A stretch of 64,000 bases of DNA from Candidatus Kerfeldbacteria bacterium (GCA_016214565.1 JACROE010000002.1:792007-856006); one strand, 5' to 3'. Positions 37,681 to 49,648 are shown, numbered from the stretch's first letter. Program-made: numbers and translations. The notes: generated by a model not told the origin, from the letters alone.

Positions 37681-39201
37681 ATGTCAAACACAGACTACAT
37701 CATCGAAGAATTGAAAAAGCGGATTGCTGATTTCAAAGCTGACACCAAAACCGAAAAGGTTGGGACAGTCGAAGAGATCGGAGACGGCATTGTCCGTTTA
37801 TCTGGTTTGTCTGACGTACAAGCGTCGGAAATGATTGAATTACCCGGTGATAAATATGGCGTGGCGTTAAACCTCGAAACTGATACCGTCGGCGCTATTA
37901 TCCTCGGTGATCAAGAAGGTATCAAAGAGGGTGACACTGCCAAGAGTACTGGCCGTATTCTGGAAGTGCCGGTCGGTGATGCTATGGTAGGTCGGGTGGT
38001 GAACCCATTAGGGCAGGCGATTGATGGTAAAGGTGATATTAAAACTGATACGTATTATCCAGTGGAAAAAATTGCTCCACGTGTTATTACCCGAAAATCA
38101 GTTGATACACCACTCCAAACTGGCGTCAAAGCAATTGATTCTATGATTCCGATTGGTCGTGGCCAACGTGAATTGATCATCGGCGACCGTCAAGTGGGTA
38201 AGACCGCCATCGGAATTGATACGATTGTCAATCAAAAAGGCACGGGGGTTATCTGTATCTACGTGGCGATTGGCCAAAAAGAATCAAAGATTGCAAAGAT
38301 TGTGGCTGAACTTGAGCAGGCGGGTGCCATGGATCACACAATTATCGTGGTAGCCGGCGCATCTGATCCAGCCTCATTGGCCTATATCGCGCCCTACGCC
38401 GGATGCGCTATGGGTGAATATTTCATGGACCAAGGCAAAGACGCTTTGATTATTTATGATGATTTGTCCAAACACGCTTGGGCGTATCGCGAAATTTCAT
38501 TGTTGCTCCGACGGCCACCAGGTCGTGAAGCCTATCCTGGTGACGTGTTCTATCTTCACTCACGGTTATTGGAACGCGCGGCGCGCTTAAACGAGAAATA
38601 CGGTGGTGGCAGCTTAACCGCGTTACCGATTATTGAAACGCAAGCAGGTGATATCTCAGCCTATATTCCGACTAACGTGATTTCCATTACTGATGGCCAG
38701 ATTTACCTTGAGCCCGATTTGTTCTACCAGGGTATCCGTCCAGCCCTAAACGTCGGTTTGTCAGTGTCACGTGTCGGTTCGGCCGCACAGATCAAAGCCA
38801 TGAAGAAAGTTGCAGGTAAATTACGTTTGGACCTGGCGCAATATCGAGAACTGGCCGCCTTCGCCCAATTTGGTTCGGATCTGGATGAGGCAACCCGCAA
38901 GCAATTAGAGCGCGGTAAACGATTGACGGAGATTCTCAAACAGAATCAATACCAACCAATGCCGGTAGAGCACCAAGTCGCTATCATTTACACCGCCGTC
39001 AATGGTTACCTGGATGACGTAGCGCCGGAAAAAATTCGTGAATTTGAAGAAGCGTTCCACCAGTATCTCAATGCCTCGCACGCTGATCTCATGAAACGGA
39101 TTGTCACGGAAAAGGAAATGAAAGAAGATTTGGAGAAGCAATTGATTGGCGCGATTGAGGATTTCAAAAAGACGACCGCGTTTGTCACGCCAGCTGCATA
39201 A
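37681..39201 (+). CDS. atpA: ATP synthase F1 subunit alpha
   Basis: [36 protein letters not shown]. Confidence 0.98.
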   Translation: MSNTDYIIEELKKRIADFKADTKTEKVGTVEEIGDGIVRLSGLSDVQASEMIELPGDKYGVALNLETDTVGAIILGDQEGIKEGDTAKSTGRILEVPVGDAMVGRVVNPLGQAIDGKGDIKTDTYYPVEKIAPRVITRKSVDTPLQTGVKAIDSMIPIGRGQRELIIGDRQVGKTAIGIDTIVNQKGTGVICIYVAIGQKESKIAKIVAELEQAGAMDHTIIVVAGASDPASLAYIAPYAGCAMGEYFMDQGKDALIIYDDLSKHAWAYREISLLLRRPPGREAYPGDVFYLHSRLLERAARLNEKYGGGSLTALPIIETQAGDISAYIPTNVISITDGQIYLEPDLFYQGIRPALNVGLSVSRVGSAAQIKAMKKVAGKLRLDLAQYRELAAFAQFGSDLDEATRKQLERGKRLTEILKQNQYQPMPVEHQVAIIYTAVNGYLDDVAPEKIREFEEAFHQYLNASHADLMKRIVTEKEMKEDLEKQLIGAIEDFKKTTAFVTPAA

Positions 39202-39219
39202 TTAGTTACAAACGATACC

Positions 39220-40107
39220 ATGCCTTCAGGCACAAAAGAAATTCAACGACGCATCCGTTCCGTCACCAACACTAAAAAAATTACCAAGGCGATGGAACTT
39301 GTTTCGGCTGCAAAAATGCGCCGCGCGGTGCAAGCCGTGCTTGCGACGCGCCAGTATGCCCGGACGGCATGGAATATCGTGCAGGATTTAGCGGCCAAGA
39401 CCGATCCCGAACAGCACCAGCTCCTGCAAACCCGTGAGAAAATCCAGCGAATTGGAATGATTATGATCACGTCAAATCGAGGTCTGTGTGGTGGATTTAA
39501 TCGGGAATTAGTCGAAACCGCTGGTAATTACGCATCCGCTCAAGGAGTGCCTGTCGACGTCATTTTGATGGGCAAAAAGGGGAGCACGATTCAGCGTCAG
39601 GGACATACCATCGTGGCTGATTTTGATAAGTTGGACGTTGCCGAAAGCGTCCGGGATGTACAAGCCATGGCGCGAATGGTCATCACTGATTATCTAGATG
39701 GGAAATATGACAAGATTGCCATTGCCTATACTGATTACCAGTCAGCTATCAAGCAAACGCCGCATATCCGACAGTTGCTGCCAATAATTAAAGAGGACGC
39801 CGAATTAGGGCAGACAGAGGGTGCGGCCGAGATAGCTACGAAACAGGACTTTGAATATATGTTTGAACCGTCACCGGCCGCTGTCCTGCAGGCGATGTTA
39901 TATCGGTTAACCGAATTGCAGGTCTATCAAGCATTGCTCGAGTCAAATGCATCTGAGCATTCAGCTCGTATGTTCTCGATGCGCAATGCATCTGATGCCG
40001 CTACTGATATGATCAAAGATTTGACACTTACATTTAATCAAGCCCGCCAGCAAAGCATTACCAGTGAATTGGCTGAAATCAGTGCCAGTCGAGCGGCAAT
40101 CACTTAA
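39220..40107 (+). CDS. atpG: ATP synthase F1 subunit gamma
   Basis: KITKAMELVSAAK, RGLCGGFN, SEHSARM, ARQQSITSE. Confidence 0.97.
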   Translation: MPSGTKEIQRRIRSVTNTKKITKAMELVSAAKMRRAVQAVLATRQYARTAWNIVQDLAAKTDPEQHQLLQTREKIQRIGMIMITSNRGLCGGFNRELVETAGNYASAQGVPVDVILMGKKGSTIQRQGHTIVADFDKLDVAESVRDVQAMARMVITDYLDGKYDKIAIAYTDYQSAIKQTPHIRQLLPIIKEDAELGQTEGAAEIATKQDFEYMFEPSPAAVLQAMLYRLTELQVYQALLESNASEHSARMFSMRNASDAATDMIKDLTLTFNQARQQSITSELAEISASRAAIT

Positions 40108-40140
40108 TTTAATTTGATATTATTAATTTTGTTACCGTAA

Positions 40141-41541
<1,401 letters not shown>

Positions 41542-41564
41542 ACACGCGTAAATAGTCAATCACT

Positions 41565-42008
41565 ATGGCAGATACATTACAATTTGAAATCATTACTCCG
41601 GACGGCACGGTTTTTTCTGAAGCAGTAGATGAAGTGGTGATTCCGACGCCGGATGGTGAAATTGGCATTCTACCGCACCATGTGCCGTTAGTGTCGCTGC
41701 TTCAGGCGGGCGAGGTGAGGATTAGAATTGGTGATGAGATTACCTTTTTAGCGGTTTCAAGCGGCCTACTCCAAGTGCATCCTGATAAGGTGGTAGCATT
41801 AGCAGATACAGCAGAGCGCGCAGAGCAGATTGACGAACAGCGTGCTGAGGAAGCGCGCACACGAGCTGCGGAGCTCATGGCGGACAAACGGGTTGACTCG
41901 GAAGAATTTGCCGCGCTGTCAGCCAAGATAGAAAAAGAATTAGCGCGACTACGAGTAGCAAAGCGCCGCACGACACGACGCGTCGACACCATCCGTCCAC
42001 AGTTATAA
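41565..42008 (+). CDS. atpC: ATP synthase F1 subunit epsilon
   Basis: EIITPD, GEIGILPHHVPL, LADTAE. Confidence 0.95.
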   Translation: MADTLQFEIITPDGTVFSEAVDEVVIPTPDGEIGILPHHVPLVSLLQAGEVRIRIGDEITFLAVSSGLLQVHPDKVVALADTAERAEQIDEQRAEEARTRAAELMADKRVDSEEFAALSAKIEKELARLRVAKRRTTRRVDTIRPQL

Positions 42009-42120
42009 ATTAGACACCAAGCTGTCAATTTCAAATCATGACACGGTTGACTCCGGGTACTCAAAGTCGCTACACTACGTGTATCCGCTATTTTATAGTT
42101 AGCATGGAGGATTATATATA

Positions 42121-43158
42121 ATGGTTGTCGAAATTCACATCAAGCCATCGCAGTGGTTGCCCGTGCTGGCCGTTCTTGGGTTACTGGTTGGAGGTTGGTA
42201 TGCTATTACTTATGACGTACAGCACTCCTCGATTGTGACGCCGACTGAATCATTGGTAAATCCGGACACGCTTGCCAAGAGGAATGCCTTGCCAGCTTCG
42301 GTTTCTATTCCCGCTTTGATGCAGCGTGAGTATACTGGCACTGATTTTATTTTGGGACCGACGCTGGAAAAAGGAGTGGGGTACAATCGATATTTCATGT
42401 CATATAATAGCGATGGTCTGACCATTACGGGTAGTATTGCTGTGCCGACCAGCGAAGGTTCGTTTCCTCTTGTTGTATTGAATCATGCGTTGGTTGATCG
42501 AGAGGCGTATAGAACCGGCGATGTATTAATAGCTGAGCAACGATATTTAGCACAACATGGGTATGTAGCACTTGTGCCTGACTATCGCAATCACGCTGGT
42601 TCAGATGACGACCCAAATGTTGATCGAGACCTTCGTTTTGGCTATGTCATTGACGTGATTAATGCTTTGCAAGCTGTCGAGCGAGCACAATTAGAATTTG
42701 TGGATACTGAACGAGTGGGTATGATCGGATATTCCATGGGCGCGGTGGTGGCGCTCGGCGTGGCAGTAGCACAGCCGGATTTGCTTGACGCTATTGTGCT
42801 CTATTCTCCAATCAGTGCTGATATGTGGGTTAATTACCAGCGCTGGATGGCGGATTTGCCGATCGCAAATGAAATTATTAAGCTATACGGAACCATTGAG
42901 TCGAATGAGAATTTTTGGGAAGAAGCGTCACCGGCTCATTACCTTGATAAGATTCTAGCGCCAATATTAATTCATCATGGTACCGCAGATACGTATGTGC
43001 CAATTTCGTTTTCAGAGGAATTAGTTATTGCTTTGAAAGCGGCGAATTCAATTCCTGTTGTATTTAATAAATATTTAGACCAAGGTCACGAATTTAATTC
43101 TGCTCATGATGAGGCGCTTGATCGCACGGTTAAATTTTTAGATGAGTATTTGAAGTAA
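42121..43158 (+). CDS. Membrane-anchored alpha/beta hydrolase (S9-like)
   Basis: PDYRNH, GYSMG, HGTADTYVP, GHEF. Confidence 0.85.
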   Translation: MVVEIHIKPSQWLPVLAVLGLLVGGWYAITYDVQHSSIVTPTESLVNPDTLAKRNALPASVSIPALMQREYTGTDFILGPTLEKGVGYNRYFMSYNSDGLTITGSIAVPTSEGSFPLVVLNHALVDREAYRTGDVLIAEQRYLAQHGYVALVPDYRNHAGSDDDPNVDRDLRFGYVIDVINALQAVERAQLEFVDTERVGMIGYSMGAVVALGVAVAQPDLLDAIVLYSPISADMWVNYQRWMADLPIANEIIKLYGTIESNENFWEEASPAHYLDKILAPILIHHGTADTYVPISFSEELVIALKAANSIPVVFNKYLDQGHEFNSAHDEALDRTVKFLDEYLK

Positions 43159-43351
43159 ATAGATCTGACCACGACAAGAGGAAGACTGATATGTGTTCCG
43201 TTTTTTATATTTGACAGTGGGAGCTGTTAGATTCCTTGCCCCCACCCCTCTTGACAGCCAGTCGCAATAGTGAGAAGGTTACTTACTTTACCGCCCCCTT
43301 TTCAAAACAGCTCGTTTCAGAGCACAACTCGCCTAAAAGGAGGTGATGACG

Positions 43352-43813
43352 GTGGCAACACAGCATCATGCCAAACGTTCGAGATGGTCTCGGCTAGTAC
43401 ATACAACGTACAAATCTCGAGGCTGGTGGGTCGACTTTCCCACGCTTGCGCTGCTTGGGCTTTTTCACTGGCATTTTTACTCGAATGGCTTCCATGCCGT
43501 TCCTGATGAAGCGCCTGAATTCTGCTGGACCGTCCTGGTCATGTATCTCATGATCAAGGAAAAGGTTCGGTGGGAACATATGGAAATGCTCTCGCGACGC
43601 GGCAGTGTACTCGTCGGCTTCTGGATGTTCTCGGCGCTTGAATTTTTTGTGGTCATGGCATGGGATGGACATCATTTTCAAATGCCACCGCAAATGATTG
43701 CGACGACATTGATCGTACTCGGCGGTTTCGTCGGAGTGCTGCCCGTGAAGTATTACTTCACCAAGCGGTTCCCGAATGCCTCGGGTGCGTTCCAAGTCAG
43801 CCGAAACGACTAG
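43352..43813 (+). CDS. Hypothetical multi-TM protein (stand-alone unit)
   Basis: AAGGAGGTG SD, hydrophobic segments, terminator at about 43825-43864. Confidence 0.65.
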   Translation: MATQHHAKRSRWSRLVHTTYKSRGWWVDFPTLALLGLFHWHFYSNGFHAVPDEAPEFCWTVLVMYLMIKEKVRWEHMEMLSRRGSVLVGFWMFSALEFFVVMAWDGHHFQMPPQMIATTLIVLGGFVGVLPVKYYFTKRFPNASGAFQVSRND

Positions 43814-43987
43814 ATTCACGCATGCTCTCTGGAATCCCGACGGATCCCAGAGAGCAATTTTATTGTATGATATCATGCCTTGACATGACCGCCGACGTCC
43901 GCTACAGTGAGCGGTACTTTTTGCTCCTTATCATTTGCATAAATGTAACGTGGGTATATTTCGTAAACCTTACTTTTTGGAGGATGT

Positions 43988-44230
43988 ATGACGGGTATTA
44001 TAGTTGCAGGTACAGAGTTTTTGATTGACTATGTGTTGCCGGGTGGTCGGTCGAGTGACGGGGTAAATCGAACGATTGCCACAGTTACCGAAGTGAATCC
44101 TGATGATTCAATCAGTGTCCGATCGGACGGTTTTCCGCAGCTCTGCAGATTGCGGAGTACCGGAGCGGGTTGGAGCGCTGTTTTTTCTGACCGGAATGAA
44201 ATACCGGTTGTTGCCTGCAAGTTGATCTAG
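43988..44230 (+). CDS. 80-aa orphan beta-rich protein (stand-alone unit)
   Basis: TTGACA(43880)-N17-TACAGT; GGAGG; terminator CTCCTGG..CCAGGAG plus T-tract. Confidence 0.6.
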   Translation: MTGIIVAGTEFLIDYVLPGGRSSDGVNRTIATVTEVNPDDSISVRSDGFPQLCRLRSTGAGWSAVFSDRNEIPVVACKLI

Positions 44231-44398
44231 CCGCTTGCCGCGGCTCATTTGTCTTCGCTCCTGGTGTGCATATGTGCATGCCAGGAGTATTTTTTATTTT
44301 CTTGACAGCTATTGATCAATAGTATACTAATACTCGTATGTCATTATTTTCTATTTAGAGTACTGAAGCATTGTATCTTTTGAAAGAGAGGTTAATAC

Positions 44399-44656
44399 AT
44401 GGCAGGAGGTTCGTTCTTTGAGTGCCCGGTGTGCAATCAGTCGGTTCATGTTGGATCAAACGGTTTGTTTGATGAGCATGATAACAAAAGTGGTAAGCCA
44501 TGTCCCGGAGCAGGTCTCCGAGCACGAGGCGGGCCATCTAGTTTTCAGTCGCCGGGATTTCCGCGCAGCAATTTTCATTCAGGCCAGTACACTGGACCGC
44601 AACCGCGTCATCGTGGAAGAATTGGGTCAAAAGCCAGACGATTTAGAAATTGGTAA
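44399..44656 (+). CDS. C2HC zinc-ribbon small protein with a basic tail
   Basis: CPVC-x14-H-x7-CPGA; GAGG SD; terminator at about 44678-44710. Confidence 0.65.
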   Translation: MAGGSFFECPVCNQSVHVGSNGLFDEHDNKSGKPCPGAGLRARGGPSSFQSPGFPRSNFHSGQYTGPQPRHRGRIGSKARRFRNW

Positions 44657-44771
44657 TAACCGATTTTGTGAATCTGTAGGCCGTTTCGTATGTGAAGCGG
44701 CCTCTTTTTTACAAAAAAAGAACCCCGTGGTCTATCACTCCACAGGGTCACCATAGCAATTCCCAACCATA

Positions 44772-44933
44772 TCACCGTTTACGACGCGGTGCCAGGACTA
44801 ACGGTAGTCCGACACCAATGAGCATGAGTGCGAGCGCGACTACTGGCATAAACCAGACGATTATGATTGCAACTGCAATCGAGACCCATCTGATGAGTAC
44901 CAGCCAGAGCGGCCGCCCACGTACTGTGGTCAT
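44772..44933 (-). CDS. 53-aa two-TM microprotein (not in the ORF track)
   Basis: MTTVRGRPLWLVLIRWVSIAVAIIIVWFMPVVALALMLIGVGLPLVLAPRRKR; AAGGAGGTG SD; terminator at about 44713-44748. Confidence 0.65.
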   Translation of the reverse strand: MTTVRGRPLWLVLIRWVSIAVAIIIVWFMPVVALALMLIGVGLPLVLAPRRKR

Positions 44934-45062
44934 GTCCATCACCTCCTTTTTGGGTATTTGGCATGTCCATAGGTAAGTGTAGTCCTTTTAGTATACATGA
45001 TGCAAGGCATAGGATATGCATCAATTTTTTGATATACTGAGATCATCATTGAGAGAGTTTAA

Positions 45063-45848
45063 ATGTATATGGACAAAACTCGTCCCCCGCACTGGACTCC
45101 GCCAGCTGGGCATAAGTCAGAAATTGAGGGAACTTCGGCAATGGCGCAGAATGCTCAATCAGCGACCGAAAAACCAAAAAAGCACCATGGTTGGCTTATT
45201 TTCTTTGTCGTAGTGTTTTTACTCATTATTGGTATAGCTACTGCTGTGGCGGCTACGGGCGTCTATGCTGTTCCCGTCCTCACCGGGGTGTTTAAATCGG
45301 ATCAGCCGATTGATCTCGGCATTAGCAACGATCCAGCATATCTCGAAACGTTGTATGCGAAAGTACCGATGACTATTTCAAGTACGCGAACCAATTCGTT
45401 AGTGAATATGTTTGAGGGGCAGATAGATGTGCACATGCGCGGTACGTCCGAGGAGATTACGGCTTGGCTAACCCGGTTTGAAGGGGATAATCCTGCATTT
45501 AGTAACGTACAAGTAAATATGATTGAGGGCGGCATGGAAGTATCGGGCATAGTTAACGAATACATCCACGCGCCTGCCTATATCAAGGCTGGCGTAACAA
45601 TGTCCACAAATAAATCAATTGATCTTACTGTTGCGGCTGCAAAAATAGGTCGTGTATCAGTACCTCAGCATTATCTCGACGATGTTGAAAAATATTTTGA
45701 AGACCACATTAATGCGCAGATGGCTCGCACCGAAGGCTTTTCCATGGAAAAACTCGAATATCATTCTGGTTATAGTGATTTCGTTGGCACCTTGCCCGCA
45801 CGTGCATTTTCGCATGATCGCGGATGGAGTGCATTATTAATTGATTAA
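45063..45848 (+). CDS. Single-TM protein with an extracellular beta-rich domain
   Basis: TM at about aa 43-70; SEEITAWL and KIGRVSVP pattern of tubular lipid-binding-like folds (weak). Confidence 0.6.
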   Translation: MYMDKTRPPHWTPPAGHKSEIEGTSAMAQNAQSATEKPKKHHGWLIFFVVVFLLIIGIATAVAATGVYAVPVLTGVFKSDQPIDLGISNDPAYLETLYAKVPMTISSTRTNSLVNMFEGQIDVHMRGTSEEITAWLTRFEGDNPAFSNVQVNMIEGGMEVSGIVNEYIHAPAYIKAGVTMSTNKSIDLTVAAAKIGRVSVPQHYLDDVEKYFEDHINAQMARTEGFSMEKLEYHSGYSDFVGTLPARAFSHDRGWSALLID

Positions 45849-45857
45849 TTATTTATT

Positions 45858-46655
45858 ATGGATCAAATTCAACAATCAGCTGATCAATTGCAATTAAAGT
45901 TAAAGCGATTACGTCGGTTTAACATCATTATGGCTTTTTTGCACGCGGCTCAGGGCGCGGCTATGTTGCTATTGAGCTCTTCATTTTCACTTTCAGTAAC
46001 TAGCGCATTTGTACGGATGGACTTCGAATCCGGCAAGTTGCAGCCATATTTACAAACAGTTTTTGAACTTCCTATCGGGTTTTTGGTTGCGTGCTTCTTA
46101 TTTTTGTCTGCAATAGCACATGCGCTTATTTCATTTGTACCAGCTATTAGCGCCTGGTATAACCGCAATTTGCTCAAAGGGGCGAATTACGCACGATGGG
46201 TAGAGTACGCTTTTAGCTCATCGGTGATGATGGTGGTGATTGCCATGTTGGTTGGGATGTATGACGGTATCAGCTTGTTATTCATTTTCTTTCTCAATGC
46301 TATGATGATCCTGTTCGGTTGGATGATGGAGCTGCACAATCAAACCACCCCAAAAACAAATTGGACAGCATATATTTTTGGTTGTATCGCCGGTATTGTT
46401 CCGTGGGTTGGCGTTGGTATCTATTTGTTTGCGGCGGGTGAAGGGGATGCGAAAGCACCCACATTTGTCTATTGGATCTACTTTTCGATTTTTCTATTTT
46501 TCAATAGTTTTGCCGTTAATCAAGTATTACAGTATAAAAAAGTGGGGAAGTGGCAGGATTACCTGTATGGAGAGCGGGCGTATATTATCCTTAGCTTAGT
46601 TGCAAAATCATTATTGGCATGGCAGGTGTGGGCAGGGACACTGCGACCAGTGTAG
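45858..46655 (+). CDS. Heliorhodopsin
   Basis: LRRFN..FLHAAQG, AIAH, NYARWVEYAFSSS, ERAYIILSLVAK (retinal-binding Lys). Confidence 0.95.
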   Translation: MDQIQQSADQLQLKLKRLRRFNIIMAFLHAAQGAAMLLLSSSFSLSVTSAFVRMDFESGKLQPYLQTVFELPIGFLVACFLFLSAIAHALISFVPAISAWYNRNLLKGANYARWVEYAFSSSVMMVVIAMLVGMYDGISLLFIFFLNAMMILFGWMMELHNQTTPKTNWTAYIFGCIAGIVPWVGVGIYLFAAGEGDAKAPTFVYWIYFSIFLFFNSFAVNQVLQYKKVGKWQDYLYGERAYIILSLVAKSLLAWQVWAGTLRPV

Positions 46656-46658
46656 TCT

Positions 46659-47357
46659 ATGACAAAATATAATCATCAGTCAGTTCAAGCCACCGGCGCC
46701 TCCCTGCGCGAAATCGTATTTGGCATGGAGGATGGCATGGTTTCCACCCTGGGAGCGGTGACTGGCATCGCCATCGGCAGCCAGGATCATTTTATGGTGG
46801 TGATGGCCGGTATGGTTATTATAGCGGTTGAGTCTATTTCCATGGGTGTTGGTTCATATCTATCAAATCGTTCACAACAAGATCTTCATCATCGGGTACT
46901 GCACGAGGAACGTGAGGAAATTAAGGATTACCCCCATGAGGAGCAACACGAATTAAATCGGATGTTTATTCGAGATGGATGGCCGCCACACTTAGCCGAG
47001 CACATGACTGAAGTGGCAGCTAAGGATCGCCATCTTATGCTTCAGGAAATGGCGTATCGTGAATTAAACATTGCCGGCACTTCACATGGCACTCCAATTC
47101 GAAATGGTATATATATGTTTATTGCTTATGTGGTTGGCGGAATGGTTCCTTTGCTTGCATATTTATTAATGAGTGTTTCTCAGGCAATGCCCATTTCGAT
47201 TGTTGTCACCCTACTGGGATTATTCGGGCTGGGAGCGGCCACTACTCGATTGACGAAGGGGGGATGGTTTAGATCAGGACTACGCATCATGATTCTTGGC
47301 GGCTTGGCAATGGTGATTGGATTAGTCGTAGGTAATTTTGCAAAAGACCTTAAATAA
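46659..47357 (+). CDS. VIT1/CCC1 family Fe/Mn transporter
   Basis: IVFGMEDGMVST, SMGVGSYLS, E-rich cytosolic domain, GGMVPLL. Confidence 0.92.
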   Translation: MTKYNHQSVQATGASLREIVFGMEDGMVSTLGAVTGIAIGSQDHFMVVMAGMVIIAVESISMGVGSYLSNRSQQDLHHRVLHEEREEIKDYPHEEQHELNRMFIRDGWPPHLAEHMTEVAAKDRHLMLQEMAYRELNIAGTSHGTPIRNGIYMFIAYVVGGMVPLLAYLLMSVSQAMPISIVVTLLGLFGLGAATTRLTKGGWFRSGLRIMILGGLAMVIGLVVGNFAKDLK

Positions 47358-47422
47358 TAAAATCGACACGCAACGAAGGATAGCTGCGTGTCGGGAGGAT
47401 GGGCGTGATGTGTATTGTATCA

Positions 47423-47707
47423 TCACGCTGGTTTTGTTTTGCTGTGCGATACGGTTTCGAAGAGACCGAGATCGAAAATGCCGATGACCTCACCATCCAC
47501 GACATAGGAGTCGGGACTGGTGCTGCCGGAAAAGAACGAATCGCCCGGGTGGCCATACATTAATTGCATGGTGTTTTCATCAAAGCGGATTTTTGCCGCT
47601 GCCAGCACATCGGCGTACGTGGCACGAAGTTCTACTTCGGTGAGTTCAACCACGATGGCTGGTTGAGCAGTTTTACCCTGCGCAATTCGGAGTATCGTGC
47701 ATTTCAT
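47423..47707 (-). CDS. 94-aa orphan protein (stand-alone unit)
   Basis: TTGACG-N17-TACTAT; AGGAG SD; terminator CGACACGC..GCGTGTCG. Confidence 0.55.
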   Translation of the reverse strand: MKCTILRIAQGKTAQPAIVVELTEVELRATYADVLAAAKIRFDENTMQLMYGHPGDSFFSGSTSPDSYVVDGEVIGIFDLGLFETVSHSKTKPA

Positions 47708-47867
47708 ATGCCTACTCCTGACTAGAGGTTAACGAAGGATAGTGGTTATATAACGATCTATATTACATTATGGCTCGGTGATAGTACTGCTCATGGCATC
47801 ACGCGTCAAGTTATTTTGCGGTGTCTGAGTTGCCAGCGAGCGGCGGGCTGGGGTAGGATAGCAGTAT

Positions 47868-48275
47868 ATGGATAATGATCAATTTGAAAAATATATTCAT
47901 GAGGCAATTGCCCGGGTACCTGCGGCAGTGCGTGAGCGCATAGAAAACGTGGCGTTTGTCATTGAAAATGAACCGCGTGCGGCACGAGCGACGGAGCGTT
48001 CAATCAAGGCTCGAGGCACGTTATTAGGGCTGTATCAGGGAGTCCCATTGCCGAAACGCAGTGCATACTATTCTGGTGTGCTACCGGATAAGATTACTAT
48101 TTTTAAGCAGGCGATTGAACATGTGGCAGGACCAGATGTTGAGCATATTCGTCAAACTGTCCATGAAGTGGTGCATCATGAAATAGCCCATTATCTAGGC
48201 ATGGATGAACGAGCTGTGCGAGCCTGGGAACAGAAACGGAAAATAAAAAATACCCGGCGCACAAATCTCTCATGA
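47868..48275 (+). CDS. Zincin-like minimal metallopeptidase (Zincin_1)
   Basis: LLGLYQGVP, PDKITIF, HEVVHHEIAHYLG. Confidence 0.9.
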   Translation: MDNDQFEKYIHEAIARVPAAVRERIENVAFVIENEPRAARATERSIKARGTLLGLYQGVPLPKRSAYYSGVLPDKITIFKQAIEHVAGPDVEHIRQTVHEVVHHEIAHYLGMDERAVRAWEQKRKIKNTRRTNLS

Positions 48276-48314
48276 GATATGATACGCCGGGGCTTTCTGT
48301 GGAGACCAGAAATG

Positions 48315-48587
48315 TTACGGTGCGGATGAAGCTGACAGGCGGGCGAGGTCGTCCAAACAGGCGACTTGATTGCCCACAAATTTGAGGATACTCACACTTC
48401 CCTTCACGGTGACGGTGGTATACCGGCATGACCGGCCAAGTATTTTCTTGACGGCATTGTCAGCGGTATACACATAGGTGTAAATGGGAGGTACGAGAGA
48501 GGCTTGCATGACAGCGATCTCATCTTTGAGAGCGGAATCAATCGCGCCTGGTTCATCCTGTGCGACGACGATAGTTGGGGATGGCAT
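48315..48587 (-). CDS. 90-aa orphan protein (stand-alone unit)
   Basis: TTGACA(48677-48672)-N17-TACTAT; GAGGAG SD. Confidence 0.55.
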   Translation of the reverse strand: MPSPTIVVAQDEPGAIDSALKDEIAVMQASLVPPIYTYVYTADNAVKKILGRSCRYTTVTVKGSVSILKFVGNQVACLDDLARLSASSAP

Positions 48588-48888
48588 GATGCCTTCTCCT
48601 CAGTTAAAATGTTGTGAAAATAAGTTTGTGCTATTTGTAGAACTATCGATAGTATCAAATCATTGTTTGTTTGTCAAGATTGGCGATGATGGTATGTACT
48701 ATACTTGATAATACTATCTAACGCGATGTGAATGTGTACATTACTGTTAACAGCTGTTGGTTAGAAATGAGTATTTAGAAAAGCGGGCAATAAATACCGC
48801 GTGAGATGCATTGATAGTAAAATAAAAAAATACCGCCCAATTTCTCTCGAAAGAAAAACGGGGCGGTCGTGTGGCAGTGGCGCGGATA

Positions 48889-49254
48889 CTAAATCCGTAC
48901 GATTTGCCAATACTGGCGGATGCCGATCTTACCAGGCAGTTGCAGTTCATTCTGCAGGGTGAGCCAGAATACCCAGTGCATGAGCAACATCTTATTTCGC
49001 TCGAGCACTACGGCCGGATTATCCAGCATGTCGCCAGAGAGTGGTTCGCGCGTGTAGTCGCGGTTCTGATCAGTGGCGATCAGGGCTCGTTTCACGCGGG
49101 AAACCTGGAGGGTGTAGGCGGCATACAGTTGTCGAAACCGCCGCGGCAGTCGTCCTATGACGGATTCAGTTGGCGCTACCGGCGCTAACATCCGAGCAGT
49201 AATTCCAATATCTGCCCGCTCAATGAGAGATTGAATCCAATCAGGTTGCTGCAC
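48889..49254 (-). CDS. 121-aa hypothetical protein (stand-alone unit)
   Basis: TTGACA-N17-TACAAT; GGGAGG SD; GTG start; terminator ACCGCCC..GGGCGGT plus T-tract. Confidence 0.65.
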   Translation of the reverse strand: MQQPDWIQSLIERADIGITARMLAPVAPTESVIGRLPRRFRQLYAAYTLQVSRVKRALIATDQNRDYTREPLSGDMLDNPAVVLERNKMLLMHWVFWLTLQNELQLPGKIGIRQYWQIVRI

Positions 49255-49423
49255 GCAAACCTCCCTAGTTGAAGTGGAACAATACTATACTATCGGAATG
49301 AGAGTATAGCCGGACATTGTAGCCGAAAGTGGCAACTTTGTCAAGTATGGACGATTGAGTGTTGTAAAAAAAGCCATCGTTGACGACGGCTTTTGGCGAG
49401 AATGCAGAGAGTGAGCAATGTTG

Positions 49424-49648
49424 CTAATCAGAGAAATTCCTCCTCTTAGGTTTTTCTGGTCGAACCGGCCAGACGTCATAGGGATCAGTAACGACAGACC
49501 GTGGTCCAGAATTTGTTTCTTTCCTGAAAACTTCTGTCGGCACCGTAGTGGTGACTCCCATGTCATCACTGCTGGTGACTGGCGGGGTCGTGGGACGAGA
49601 TTTCCCTAATGTCCCCAGGGATCGGATCATGTGTAGGAGTGTTTTCAC
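49424..49648 (-). CDS. 74-aa Thr/Pro-rich orphan protein (stand-alone unit)
   Basis: TTGACA-N17-TACAAT; ATTCTTTCAAAA; GGAGG-N7-GTG; terminator AAGCCGTCG..CGATGGCTT. Confidence 0.55.
   Translation of the reverse strand: MKTLLHMIRSLGTLGKSRPTTPPVTSSDDMGVTTTVPTEVFRKETNSGPRSVVTDPYDVWPVRPEKPKRRNFSD

Noticed and set aside
44692-45024. ORF-track entries 44779-45024(-) and 44692-44976(+)
   Set aside because: The SD points to a different frame (44933-44772) that gives a coherent two-TM peptide.
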